From: Sulfolobales archaeon HS-7
Lineage (GTDB): Archaea; Thermoproteota; Thermoprotei_A; Sulfolobales; Sulfolobaceae
DNA: 64,000 bases
NCBI GenBank assembly: GCA_019704295.1
Contig: AP024596.1
Coordinates: forward strand, 544,001-608,000
Reading direction: 5' to 3'
Position numbers and translations under genes: made by a program. A model generated the notes under the pieces. That model was given only the letters and a program-made list of their open reading frames with translations, did not search any database and was not told the DNA's origin. Below, one piece after another: positions 1 through 10,518 of this stretch (position 1 is the stretch's first letter; every line of letters starts with the position of its first letter).

Positions 1-932
1 GTGAACAAAAGGAAATTCCTTACGTGATCCTCGTACTTTAGGGCTGTTAACGCTAATCCAGCGAAAGCTGCGTCTCTATGCCAAACGTAGTTGTATGTAT
101 CCCTGTTAAATCGCATTATGTCTGTATCTAGAGCCGCTGTTATAGCTCCGTTATTTTGCCAGTGAGCCGTTATTATAAGGAGACTCCTCCTTATCCAATC
201 CTCCTCTCCTTTAGCCTTGACTAACCATGCCCGCCAGTAATCCTCTGTTCTCTTAATTAAACCGCTAATGGTTTTATCTTCGATGTATTTGTTAAGTCGT
301 ATCAGCTCGGGATAATTTTTTCCAGCTAATAACAAACATTGAAAAGAGTCGGAAAAAGGTACCTGTATCCCCACTGCAGAATCGACCGATCCTTGAGCTA
401 CTGGATTCCCCGACAGTTTGCCGTCCTCACAGTCCTTCCAAGTTCCCTGTAACCCGTTTATTTCCTTGTATCCAGTTGCTAACTCAGAGAAGGGTCGAGT
501 GCACTTATACATAAACCATTTGTCGCGCTTATAGTGAATCATTCCTCCTGTCTTAAAGTCGACTAGTGCAGTATCTCCTATGTTATTTCCCATAATATTA
601 AAGTCCATAGTGAAGAATACCTTTACTTCTGAAGGAGAAGAAATACTTACATTCCTAAGCATAGCGTCAGCATGTATATCAACTGCGTCTGATATCTTTA
701 CTTTAACTTGATCAAACTCTGCCTCCATTGTTGAGGAAAGTGTGTCCTCTTGGTAAGCTACTTTTGGTTGAAGATCATGAACCCACGCAAACTTCCCGTC
801 CTTGAATATGCCTATTAGTGATTTAACTAGGTGATTATCTGTCGGCAGGGGATAGTATAACTCACGCATTCTATATTTGGAGTCAAAAAGTACAGTTAAT
901 GAGCCATTTCCTAAAATTATTGATCTAGTCAT
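1..932 (-). CDS. Glycoside hydrolase family 15 (glucoamylase-like), 5' part; runs off window start
   Basis: Not in ORF track. Manual translation from ATG at 932 gives MTRSIILGNGSLTVLFDSKYRMRELYYPLP...AALDTDIMRFNRDTYNYVWHRDA, with the GH15 Y-W-RD motif; paralogous to 22531-24381. Confidence 0.88.
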   Translation of the reverse strand, partial: MTRSIILGNGSLTVLFDSKYRMRELYYPLPTDNHLVKSLIGIFKDGKFAWVHDLQPKVAYQEDTLSSTMEAEFDQVKVKISDAVDIHADAMLRNVSISSPSEVKVFFTMDFNIMGNNIGDTALVDFKTGGMIHYKRDKWFMYKCTRPFSELATGYKEINGLQGTWKDCEDGKLSGNPVAQGSVDSAVGIQVPFSDSFQCLLLAGKNYPELIRLNKYIEDKTISGLIKRTEDYWRAWLVKAKGEEDWIRRSLLIITAHWQNNGAITAALDTDIMRFNRDTYNYVWHRDAAFAGLALTALKYEDHVRNFLLF

Positions 933-1468
933 ATTTTCACATCCATAATTAAAAATAATACAAATAAGAATTTATTTGAAAATTTTACACTATTTTTCAT
1001 AGTTTTCATACTTAGTAAATTGTTTTCTAATTTCCCATATATTACGTCACTAAGGACTCTTATAGGTCTCCAGGCACGAAAATCAAAAATTCTAATCGTA
1101 AAGTTTTCGAAATTCACCTTACATTCTCGTTAATAGCATTTGTAATTCTTTATTAAAAGTATTTGACTATATTCTACTTTGATAAGGTAATGAAAAGGCA
1201 ATTTCTTCACGTTTAAGAGAAACCTTTCTCCACAATAAAGAAAAACCTTTCCAGAATCTTTTCTGAAATTTTTACAGTACTTTTTACAAATTTTTACATA
1301 TAACTGACGTTAACAGATGTCATAATAGCCTTATTGGAATCTAGGCCTACATTAATCCATTTTTAGTGAGTGAGTGAAATTGATGAGTTTTCTACTATGC
1401 TAATTTGAATTTGGAGAGGAGTCTGGAATAACCATTACGTATATGAGGAATTTAACGGAGAAAATCAA

Positions 1469-1876
1469 CTACTGTCTCTCCTTCACTGCGTTTAAGATCC
1501 TTGAAAGGGCATGTTCGGTTCCTAATTTAAAGTGGCTTTCTATCCTTGCGCGAAATAATGATAGTATCGGACTTAGTTTTATATCCCATTCACTTACTAC
1601 TTCGTTAGGTAAAACGGACACGGTGTTAACTCCTGTGAAGGCACCGGAAAGAAAGTTCCATTGTTCGACGTAATCGTAAATGACTATTTTTATTTTTCCG
1701 CTGGACGGAAACGCAAATCTAATTTCTCCCTCATACACATTATCCTTCTTTATAACGTCTAGGTTTCTTATTCCTTTCCAATACTTCGGTGCAGCCTGCA
1801 CATCAGACACTATTTCCCAAACTTTGTTCATTTCCCCATCGTAGTTCATAGACACCTTAAAACTTACCTTTCTCAT
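1469..1876 (-). CDS. SRPBCC/START (polyketide cyclase-like) family protein
   Basis: VWEIVSDVQAAPKYW motif, beta-rich core and C-terminal helix; 135 aa. Confidence 0.75.
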   Translation of the reverse strand: MRKVSFKVSMNYDGEMNKVWEIVSDVQAAPKYWKGIRNLDVIKKDNVYEGEIRFAFPSSGKIKIVIYDYVEQWNFLSGAFTGVNTVSVLPNEVVSEWDIKLSPILSLFRARIESHFKLGTEHALSRILNAVKERQ

Positions 1877-1905
1877 GTTCCCCCTCCCGCTGAAAATCCT
1901 TCACC

Positions 1906-2364
1906 TCATCTGGATTTGATGAAAGGAGGGGGATTTTTGGTAAATTTATAATACCTATATAAAAGAATTATTATTCCAACTTGACCCCAGTCAAATTGCA
2001 GTGCAGCAGTACCGTTGTATTTTATATAAATAAATAGAGGAATAGGAAACATAATAGGATGCCAGGTTTCAGCAATTGCGTAGTAATTAAGGTAATTTAA
2101 AATAATCATGGAAAGACCAGAGCTTTCAATAAAGAGATTACCGACGAAACTATCGGATGAGAAGTAAAGTATCGAAGTAATTATGAAAATTATCAAACTG
2201 ACGAATACAGAAAACGATAATCCTACCGGTGCTTTCAAATGGTATTCCGCAATAAAGGCAGCTTCAGAACTTGGAGCAAACGGATATAGAGATAGGGATA
2301 TAGCGAACAATAATAAGGACATCCCAACTACGTATTCATAATACTGCTTTAAGGTATGGCTCAT
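1906..2364 (-). CDS. Hypothetical membrane protein
   Basis: 152 aa with about 4 hydrophobic segments; upstream of and co-oriented with the SRPBCC gene. Confidence 0.7.
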   Translation of the reverse strand: MSHTLKQYYEYVVGMSLLLFAISLSLYPFAPSSEAAFIAEYHLKAPVGLSFSVFVSLIIFIITSILYFSSDSFVGNLFIESSGLSMIILNYLNYYAIAETWHPIMFPIPLFIYIKYNGTAALQFDWGQVGIIILLYRYYKFTKNPPPFIKSR

Positions 2365-2603
2365 GTAACCTATCGCCCAAAAATAAGGTTTGTTTCACGT
2401 AGTATACAGTTTATTAAAAGTGTATTTAACTTAAAGGAAAATCGTGTTCTCATCGTTTTCATTCGTCTTATTATTATTAACATAATAAGCGAATATTCAG
2501 CTATTCCACTACACAATTGATAAATTGCGACAACTCTTGCGTGGGTGATATTTCCCATCCAAAATACCTTACCCTCTTCTAGTAAAAAATATTTCCATAG
2601 CAT

Positions 2604-3525
2604 TGAATCTAGGACAAATTAGTCTAATGGGTTCCAAATTTGCATATCATTTCATGATTTTTAATCTAACGCATTGCATCACAGTAGGTCGTGAATCAGG
2701 ACCGTCAAGTGGATCATCTCCTCTTAACCCTGTTTATGGTCCACCCTGTCCTCCTTGGAGGAGATCAGGGACTCTGCCTTCTCACACTTGACTCTTTCAT
2801 TCCAGCGGGCTCATGAACCTCAATATTATCTCCACCTTCTCCCTCCTTTCCGCGTGGCGTTAGACTTAGGTGTAATAGACCTTGAAATCAGCGAAAGTCA
2901 TAAAGTGTAGACTTGGCGTAGTGTTTGTCAACCCTCAATGAGTCCGCTTCCACGCTTAGAACCCTCAGGATCCCGAGGGCCTCGTAACTCTCTCCATCTC
3001 AAGAGAGAGTAACTAAACGATCAAGTTACTGCCCAAATCAAAGATGAAGCAGGTGCACCGTCACGAAGTCCTTCCCTTCCTTCACCTCTTCCCAAGACTT
3101 CTCCCCTTTATTCAGTAATGCTTACTAGGGAATAGCTTGTCCCGTCCATGATCATCTCAACCTTGAGGCCGTTAACGCCCTTTGAGAGCATGTTGCGGAG
3201 AATGACGAAGACGTCGGAGTCGGATAAGTCTCTCAGCCGTCTTCTAGCTTATCTCCTCCTTTACCAGTGACGCCAGTTCTGCGATTTCCCTGCTGGCTTA
3301 GGTATTCCTTGATTATCAGTACGCCGTGTAAGGTCAACTTGCTTTTCCTCCCTTGCTCTCCCATGTCTTCACTAACTTCCCTTCATCTATGTCCCGCCTT
3401 AACTCTTGACCTAACCTCCTTAATCCATTGACTCCTTGAAATCCTCGAAGTTCTTCTGAGCTAACTTCTCATTCACATGTTCGTAATATAAAACAAGCAG
3501 TTCTAAAGTTTTTGTCCCGAAGTCC
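2604..3525 (-). mobile_element. Decayed IS element (DDE transposase relic, possibly IS5-like)
   Basis: GC-elevated, stop-riddled minus-strand relic (fragments such as MIMDGTSYS and FVTVHLL). Degenerate terminal inverted repeats: GAATCTAGGACAAA (2605-2618) vs TTTGTCCCGAAGTCC (3511-3525). Confidence 0.5.
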
Positions 3526-3877
3526 ATAACATCTCTACGTATTTATCTTCTTTACCTCACGTTATTTATCTTAATTTTCCACTATTGCAAGAAACGTGAT
3601 ATTACTTCTTCTGGTTTTACGTTATTAGCGTTAACAGATCCTAGAATGACCTATATGTGCACCGTCTCCCAAATACTAGGGTGTCATGCAATATTCCCCA
3701 AAGTGTTATTGGAGATTTTAAATACCACCAAAAGCTCATTCAAACAGCTATTATCGCTAGTTACGTAAAGGTTAGGAAAGCGATTTATTTTTGAACGCAC
3801 AATGTTCACGCATAAGCTCTACGCTATTCAGTCAAACGAACCGTATCAGAGAATGTAGTATCGAATATAGGAATTTT

Positions 3878-4696
3878 TTATATTATTACCTCTAGTAAGA
3901 CTTTTATAGTTGAATTATTATCTAACTTTAGTATACATTCATAATAATCCTCTTTTAATTCTACTAAACCGAAATTCACTGTGATACTATTTATTCCTGC
4001 AACTAATATGTTTGGAGAGACTCTATTAGGAGAGACAGTAAGCCCTAACTGTTCTATTACTGCCTCATTAATTTTTACTCCGCTTACATTAGAGTAAATA
4101 TTGAACATTGCCACTCCATTTGATCTTAATATGGCCCGTCCGCTCTGATATATAACGTCTGAATTTTTCTGTTGAATTATTGGATGTTTAGAATTCTTCA
4201 TCACTGGTAAGAGTTCCCCAGGGGTCACTAAAAACACCATCATCCATCCGACAAACCATATTAACGGTATGGCACAGATAATTAAAGCAAGGTTTAAATA
4301 TGCATTCTGTCGCATGTTAAGATTTACGTAAAAAGTCGAGGCAATTAATGCGTAGCCACATGAGAGGACAATTGCGCTTGCGATGTAAAGGGGATTTGTA
4401 AGTATTTGAACATAATCCTGTTTTAACAAAATTAAAGTACTAACTGTGGTGATGATTAGTAGACCAATTACTATTACTGAAAGAGAAACAACTACTAAAC
4501 CCTTATTGAAATATTGTGAAATGTCCTTAAAGCGAAAAATAATAAATACGAACAAAAAAATCAACCCCGCTATTACTGAAATACCTATTTGCTTAAAGAA
4601 GAGGGCGGCGGAACTTAGCAGAGTGGCCAAGAAAAGCGCAAGCGAAAAGTTCTTTATTAAACCGAGTATCCCCTCATTATTCGTTCCTTTCTCCAT
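3878..4696 (-). CDS. DUF973-like membrane protein
   Basis: N-terminal TM helices plus a C-terminal beta domain (GRAILRSNGVAMFNIYS...GINSITVNF) typical of this Sulfolobales family. Confidence 0.6.
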   Translation of the reverse strand: MEKGTNNEGILGLIKNFSLALFLATLLSSAALFFKQIGISVIAGLIFLFVFIIFRFKDISQYFNKGLVVVSLSVIVIGLLIITTVSTLILLKQDYVQILTNPLYIASAIVLSCGYALIASTFYVNLNMRQNAYLNLALIICAIPLIWFVGWMMVFLVTPGELLPVMKNSKHPIIQQKNSDVIYQSGRAILRSNGVAMFNIYSNVSGVKINEAVIEQLGLTVSPNRVSPNILVAGINSITVNFGLVELKEDYYECILKLDNNSTIKVLLEVII

Positions 4697-4782
4697 AATA
4701 ACTATCTATGGTCATATTCGGTTTTTAAAATTCCTTGTTATGATTTGCAAAGGTTAAATAAAAAAATTTAACTATAAATATA

Positions 4783-6762
4783 TTATCTTCTTCTAAGTAA
4801 TAATACCACAGCCGCTACAACTATTACAACTATAATAACCGCAATAACTGAGTACAGTAGAGTGGGTGGAACGCTAGTTGTGGTTGTAACTGTAGAAGGT
4901 GGAGTTGTTGTAGTTGTGACTGGAGGGGTTGTTGTGGTAGTAACGGATACTGGCGTAAATAAGCTATATGATAATCCGACTTGTAATAAGGCCGTCCCTC
5001 CTATTCCATAAAGTTCCTCTTGATATATCCAGGAGTTCGCAGGAGGTGCTACTATGTCCTTAGAGTTGTATACGAAGAACGCGTTCTCCTTAACTAGCGG
5101 TATTATTGGTATGAAGTAATTCATAGCGTATGCGATTTGATCGTTTGCCGATATAAGTTGTTGAGTTGAATTTGGTGATGAAGTCTCCTGATACAACTTA
5201 GTCAAATTATATGTTGTCCCGTTGGGTAACGTCACTAAATGATTCCATTGCGTCACGTTAAAGGGATATCCTCCTAGATAACTTAGTGGAAGCCCCCAAT
5301 CAACGGTCCCTGGGAAGTAACCTCCCCAGTTCTGTAAGACCATATCATAACCCTTCCCAGTATCATACATCTCATGATTGGTAGATGTAGTCGTGGAAAC
5401 AAAGTAGGTAGTTTTTATTCCAAATGACGTTAGTTCGTTAGTAATTATGTCCATCATGTTTGTAACTCCAGGTCCAGGGGAGAAAGGTACCATTATGTTT
5501 AACGTGAATTCGGAACCATTAGGTGCATACCACTCCCCGTTCGAGAAGGTGAAGCCGGCTTTTTCCAATAGTACCTTCGCTAAGGATAGATTGACGTTAT
5601 AGTGATTTAAATTAGATACTGCAGGAGTCATAAACTCCTGGAAATAGGTAAAGTTCGGTATACCGTTAGGCGTGTTAACAGGAGAGTACTTTATGCCTCC
5701 TGCAAGAGCTATCGCCGTTCTATTTAATACATAAGCTATTGCTTGCCTTACGTAAACACTATCTAGTAACGGATCCTTAAGGTTGTAATAAAGTGCATAC
5801 CCTCCTGGTTGCGGTATCCTAACTATATTATAGTAACTTGGTAAACTTGTCAAGATTGAGGATGGAGGAGAGTAAACTGCAGAGTAATCCAAAGATATTT
5901 GTCCGGACTCCAGTGCTGCTTCTGCAGTAGACGCTGAAGTATATTGATACACGACCGCTTGACTAAACGGTATCTGGTTAGCCGCGTAATAGTATGGGTT
6001 CTTATCTAATATTATTTCACTCGGAGTGATTTGTGCTACGTAGAACGGACCGTTATAATCTCCAGCTAGGCTTCCAGTAGGCTTATAACTGTGAATTATA
6101 CTTCTGAAGTCCTTTGTAGGAATCTTTCCTGACTGAAGCGCTGACCAGTTACCTATTATCTCGTTTATTATAGGTTTCCACTCGTTATATGGAATTATTA
6201 CAGCTACTTCTCCCAAACCTACGGTACACATTAATCTAAATGGCATATTATATGGGGATTCACTACCCTTGGGATAAGAAAAGACAACCGTATAGTTATT
6301 TATAACTGTAATATTCGCAAAAGGCGGAGCTCCATACATATCGAGAACATAGCATGTAGCTGCAATATCCCATGCTGTAACTGGAGTTCCGTCGGCCCAA
6401 CCTGAATCGTTTCTTATCGTATATGTGACGTTAACTGTTTGATTCTGCCAGACCTGCATCCAGTTAGCTGGCGAGAAAGACCAGTTCACTATCAACCCTG
6501 GAAGCATTTGCCCATTTGAAACGTTAAGAACCCCAGAATATGCGTAAACTATACCGTAAAAATCGCCTCCTAATCCCCCCGAAAATATGTTGGGATTATA
6601 CGTCGAGAGACTTTGAAATGCCGTAGATTCGACGAACGGAATGTATAATATATTATTTCCTTGAGCAGAGAGCAACGGTGTAAACGCGCCTAGCGAAAGC
6701 AATACTATAACGGCCAAAATAGAGAGCAGGGGTATAGATTTAACTATATTTTTCACATTCAT
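4783..6762 (-). CDS. ABC transporter substrate-binding protein, family 5 (probably oligosaccharide-binding)
   Basis: Signal peptide; WADGTPVTAWD, GPFY and VRQAIAY motifs; Thr/Pro linker and C-terminal TM anchor ending RRR. Confidence 0.9.
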   Translation of the reverse strand: MNVKNIVKSIPLLSILAVIVLLSLGAFTPLLSAQGNNILYIPFVESTAFQSLSTYNPNIFSGGLGGDFYGIVYAYSGVLNVSNGQMLPGLIVNWSFSPANWMQVWQNQTVNVTYTIRNDSGWADGTPVTAWDIAATCYVLDMYGAPPFANITVINNYTVVFSYPKGSESPYNMPFRLMCTVGLGEVAVIIPYNEWKPIINEIIGNWSALQSGKIPTKDFRSIIHSYKPTGSLAGDYNGPFYVAQITPSEIILDKNPYYYAANQIPFSQAVVYQYTSASTAEAALESGQISLDYSAVYSPPSSILTSLPSYYNIVRIPQPGGYALYYNLKDPLLDSVYVRQAIAYVLNRTAIALAGGIKYSPVNTPNGIPNFTYFQEFMTPAVSNLNHYNVNLSLAKVLLEKAGFTFSNGEWYAPNGSEFTLNIMVPFSPGPGVTNMMDIITNELTSFGIKTTYFVSTTTSTNHEMYDTGKGYDMVLQNWGGYFPGTVDWGLPLSYLGGYPFNVTQWNHLVTLPNGTTYNLTKLYQETSSPNSTQQLISANDQIAYAMNYFIPIIPLVKENAFFVYNSKDIVAPPANSWIYQEELYGIGGTALLQVGLSYSLFTPVSVTTTTTPPVTTTTTPPSTVTTTTSVPPTLLYSVIAVIIVVIVVAAVVLLLRRR

Positions 6763-6789
6763 GTTGATAAGAAACTACGTAAGGATGAA

Positions 6790-6981
6790 TTTAAACCTTT
6801 TGCAAAGTATAGAACCGTGTATACAGTTTTAATCCTAAATTACTGAATGGAACTATTCTTCGGAAACTTCCAGATATGCTATGACTATTGACTATTAGTA
6901 CTAAAAGTATCTTGCTTACATTAAAAATTATAGAATTTAATAACTTAAGTTATTGTATACCGTTTTGTAGAAGTTTTATAA
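6790..6981. promoter_or_regulatory. Divergent archaeal promoters with a shared TGTATAC motif
   Basis: TATA-like TTTAAA at 6790-6795 and TTTTATAA at 6974-6981, each about 25-30 nt from its ATG; TGTATAC at 6818-6824 and 6954-6960. Confidence 0.5.
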
Positions 6982-7005
6982 CTGCATAAATCATTATAGT
7001 ACCAT

Positions 7006-8001
7006 ATGAGAAGTTTATGGCTAATAAGAAGAGTAGCTATGGCGTTTATTACTGTATTAGTGACGATTATAATTAGCTGGGCCCTAATGGAATATTCACC
7101 TGAGTCGCCAGCTAATACCCTTCTTAATAATTTAAGGGTAACCGAATACTCTAATCCACGTCTCCTGATAGAGATGGAACAATACTTAAATACGTTAAGA
7201 CCTCACGGAAATCCTGTAGTAAATGCTCTCGAGTATATTTGGCAAATACTCCACGGAAACATGGGACTAGATGTAATATCGCAGATTCCAGTAACCAAAA
7301 TTATTGCGACTGCGATTCCATGGACGATTTTCATAGTATCTACCTCCCTTTTAATAAGTTTCGTCATTGGTATAAGGGTAGGACAATTTATGGGATATAA
7401 GAGGGGGACTAAGAGTGATTCGACCCTAACGATGCTATTTACGGTTATTAGATCTATCCCGATTTACATTTCGGGCGCTCTCCTCTTATTCATACTTGGA
7501 TATCAAATGAGACTGTTCCCGTCAGGCGGAGCGTATTCCGCTACGGTACAAGTAGGCCTGAATCTCCCATTTATAGAGAGTGTACTGTATCACTCCATAC
7601 TTCCTATAGCGACTTTAACTTTGGCAAATTTAGGTGGATGGGCGCTTCATATGCGGGCTAATACTATATACACATTAGGAGAGGATTACGTTACATATGC
7701 GGAGCTAAGGGGAATAACGAGTAGACAGATAGAGACTAAGTACGTGGGGAGAAACGCATTACTTCCACTTTACACAAGCTTGGTTATCGCAATTGGATTT
7801 TCCTTTGGAGGGTCGGTTTTCGTTGAACAAATCTTCAGTTATCCAGGAATAGGAAACCTTCTTTACTACTCTATAACGAACAACGATTATACATTGGAAA
7901 TGGGAATATTTATAATCCTCATCACGGCGGTAGTGATTGGTGTCCTATTAGCAGATCTGACGTATAGTTTGATAGACCCTAGAGTCAAAACTGGAGATTA
8001 G
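7006..8001 (+). CDS. ABC transporter permease (DppB/OppB type)
   Basis: EDYVTYAELRG loop, VEQIFSYPGIG, terminal IDPRV. Confidence 0.92.
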   Translation: MRSLWLIRRVAMAFITVLVTIIISWALMEYSPESPANTLLNNLRVTEYSNPRLLIEMEQYLNTLRPHGNPVVNALEYIWQILHGNMGLDVISQIPVTKIIATAIPWTIFIVSTSLLISFVIGIRVGQFMGYKRGTKSDSTLTMLFTVIRSIPIYISGALLLFILGYQMRLFPSGGAYSATVQVGLNLPFIESVLYHSILPIATLTLANLGGWALHMRANTIYTLGEDYVTYAELRGITSRQIETKYVGRNALLPLYTSLVIAIGFSFGGSVFVEQIFSYPGIGNLLYYSITNNDYTLEMGIFIILITAVVIGVLLADLTYSLIDPRVKTGD

Positions 8002-8979
8002 GTGAGTGAAATAAACACCGCCTTATCAGTAGAGGACTTATCAGTGGTATACCGAACACAGGGCGTAGACATTGCAGCATTAAAGGATATTACGTTTAAT
8101 GTAAACGACGGAGAGATATTTGGAATAATAGGCGAGAGCGGTTCTGGGAAGAGCACGTTAGCTAAGGCAATTCTAAGGAACATAAAGCCCCCAGGATTCA
8201 TAACAGGAGAACCTAGAATTTTTTGTTATGGCAGGAATATAATCTCTATGAGTCAGAGGGAATTTAGGGAAAAAATCTTATGGCAATTAATAAGTTATGT
8301 TCCCCAATCGAGCCTAAACTCATTGAACGGGACAATGAGAATTATAGATCACTTTTACGATACAGCTACATCTCACGGTATATCAAAGGAAAAAATAAGG
8401 GAAAAGGCTTTAGAACTATTGAAAATGGTAAGGCTGGAACCGGAGAAAGTAGCGGTTATGTACCCCCATCAATTAAGTGGGGGAATGCGACAAAGGGTAT
8501 TAATAGCATTGAGTCTATTGCTTAATCCTAAACTGGTAATTATGGACGAGGCGGTAAGCGCCCTTGACGTTGCGACGCAAAAGCATATTTTAGACATAAT
8601 AAAGGACCTCAACAAAAGCATGGGAATAACTGTAATTTTTATCACGCATGATATAGCAATTGCAGCATATTTAACACATACTATAATGGTTCTCTATGCA
8701 GGGGAAATAATGGAAATCGGGAAAACTGAGAGGATAATAAAGTCTCCATATCATCCTTATTCTGTATCGCTTATGTCCTCTGTGCCCTCTATAAGAGGTT
8801 CTTTAGAAGGAGTTCGTGTGGTAAAGGAGGGTTATCCAAGTCGAGTAGGATGTCCATTTAACACTAGGTGCGAGTACACCTCAGATATTTGCTTTAAAAA
8901 TCACCCCGAATTATACGAAATAAATTCAGATTACGTGAGGTGCTTTAATTACGCCACAAATAAGCCTAAGGGAAGTTGA
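8002..8979 (+). CDS. ABC transporter ATP-binding protein (DppD type)
   Basis: Walker A GESGSGKS, LSGGMRQR signature, C-terminal CPF..RC cysteine motif. Confidence 0.93.
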   Translation: MSEINTALSVEDLSVVYRTQGVDIAALKDITFNVNDGEIFGIIGESGSGKSTLAKAILRNIKPPGFITGEPRIFCYGRNIISMSQREFREKILWQLISYVPQSSLNSLNGTMRIIDHFYDTATSHGISKEKIREKALELLKMVRLEPEKVAVMYPHQLSGGMRQRVLIALSLLLNPKLVIMDEAVSALDVATQKHILDIIKDLNKSMGITVIFITHDIAIAAYLTHTIMVLYAGEIMEIGKTERIIKSPYHPYSVSLMSSVPSIRGSLEGVRVVKEGYPSRVGCPFNTRCEYTSDICFKNHPELYEINSDYVRCFNYATNKPKGS

Positions 8980-9913
8980 CGTTAGATATAAGTCAGGTTT
9001 TATCAATAAGCACTACTTTTACGCAATGAAAAAAATTAACTTAGATATAAACGAAGGTGAATCACTCGCTATTATCGGCGAGAGTGGAGCAGGGAAAACC
9101 ACATTAGGCCGAGTATTAGTGGGTCTACAGAGACCTGATGCTGGGGAATACCTTTACGATAACATCAACGTTTGGAAAAACAGAAGGGCAATGAAGCGAT
9201 TGAGAAAAGAAGTACAGTACATTTATCAAGATCCTATCTCGTCGCTAAATCCGTCAAAGACAATATACGAATCGATGTCGTTCCCATTGAGAAAACAAGG
9301 CCTTAGAGGAGACGCGTTAAGAGAAAGAGTCTCCGAACTTCTTAAAGAGGTAGGACTAAACGCTGGGGAAGTTGAAAGCAGATACCCAAGCCAACTTTCT
9401 GGAGGTCAGCTGCAGAGGGTTAACATTGCCAGGGCCCTATCGGTTAACCCACGTGTACTGATCGCTGACGAACCGGTAACTATGCTTGATGCGTCTTACA
9501 GAATAGGTATAATTGACCTTTTAGTTCGACTAAAAAAAGAGAGGAATTTAACCCTTGTATTTATAACACATGATCTAGCGATATCTCGGTATTTAGACTA
9601 TAGAATATCAGGAGTCAGGGGTATTGTAATGTATGGGGGGATTATTGTAGAACGAGGGGATTTAAACTCCTTGATAAAAAACCCAAGGCATCCATATTCC
9701 CAATACCTTGTAAACTCGACTATCGATATAGTTAATGATGGTGAATTGCAAAGCGTAAGTAAAAGTAACGTTGAAAATATTACGCGTGCGGAAATTGGAT
9801 GTCCTTACTCTACACATTGTCCATTCGTTATGGAGAAGTGTAAAGAGAAAGAACCACTATTAATGAAAATAGAGGAAAATAGAGAAGTTGCATGTTATAT
9901 TTACGGTGGATAA
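8951..9913 (+). CDS. ABC transporter ATP-binding protein (DppF type); probable true start ACG at 8951 (first ATG at 9026)
   Basis: Walker A GESGAGKT and LSGGQ. The frame is open upstream of 9026 and encodes PQISLREVDVRYKSGFINKHYFYA. Confidence 0.9.
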   Translation, partial: TPQISLREVDVRYKSGFINKHYFYAMKKINLDINEGESLAIIGESGAGKTTLGRVLVGLQRPDAGEYLYDNINVWKNRRAMKRLRKEVQYIYQDPISSLNPSKTIYESMSFPLRKQGLRGDALRERVSELLKEVGLNAGEVESRYPSQLSGGQLQRVNIARALSVNPRVLIADEPVTMLDASYRIGIIDLLVRLKKERNLTLVFITHDLAISRYLDYRISGVRGIVMYGGIIVERGDLNSLIKNPRHPYSQYLVNSTIDIVNDGELQSVSKSNVENITRAEIGCPYSTHCPFVMEKCKEKEPLLMKIEENREVACYIYGG

Positions 9914-9956
9914 AGGTAAGAGTGTCCTCTTATGTGTAAAGCTGAACACTGCTTCA

Positions 9957-10466
9957 TTATTGAAGTGATTCCGACATATAGAAAAAATACAAGAGTGAGG
10001 CTATAGTCTTACCGTCTTCTATTTTTCCCTCTCTTATCATAGATAGAATTTGCTCTCTTTCTAATGGGACTAATTCAATCACCTCATAATCTTCCAGAGC
10101 TTGGTCACCTTTTTCACAATTATTTGCTAAAAATACATGCATGATTTCGTTAGATATCCCGGGTGAGGGATAAAAGTCTAGTAGTTTCTTAAGGTCCGAT
10201 GATACTAATCCAGTTTCTTCCCTAAGTTCCCTTATTGCCGCCTGTTCTGGGCTTTCCCCCTCGTCTATCGTACCTGCAGGCAATTCAAAAATCCACTTCC
10301 CTATTACTGGCCTAAACTGCTTCTCCAAAACGATTTTCCCTTCAAAGTTAGCCATTATCACTACCGAACCAGGATGAGTTACTTTCTCTACTCGCTTACG
10401 CTTCCCATTAGGAAGTACGACCTCCTCAACATCAACACCGAACTTAGAACCTGAAAATACACGCAT
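9957..10466 (-). CDS. NUDIX hydrolase (ADP-ribose pyrophosphatase-like)
   Basis: Nudix box GTIDEGESPEQAAIRELREETG, plus QFRP and ELPAG. Confidence 0.9.
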   Translation of the reverse strand: MRVFSGSKFGVDVEEVVLPNGKRKRVEKVTHPGSVVIMANFEGKIVLEKQFRPVIGKWIFELPAGTIDEGESPEQAAIRELREETGLVSSDLKKLLDFYPSPGISNEIMHVFLANNCEKGDQALEDYEVIELVPLEREQILSMIREGKIEDGKTIASLLYFFYMSESLQ

Positions 10467-10518
10467 TTACTTAACTTTCGGAAGAGTGTTTTAAACTTGA
10501 TTTCCTATGATATAAGGT

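Noticed and set aside
929-1117. 62-aa ORF, and other short antisense ORFs in the track (e.g. 4446-4757, 19330-19677, 24406-24705, 45133-45396)
   Set aside because: Chance frames in AT-rich DNA, or antisense shadows of well-supported genes.
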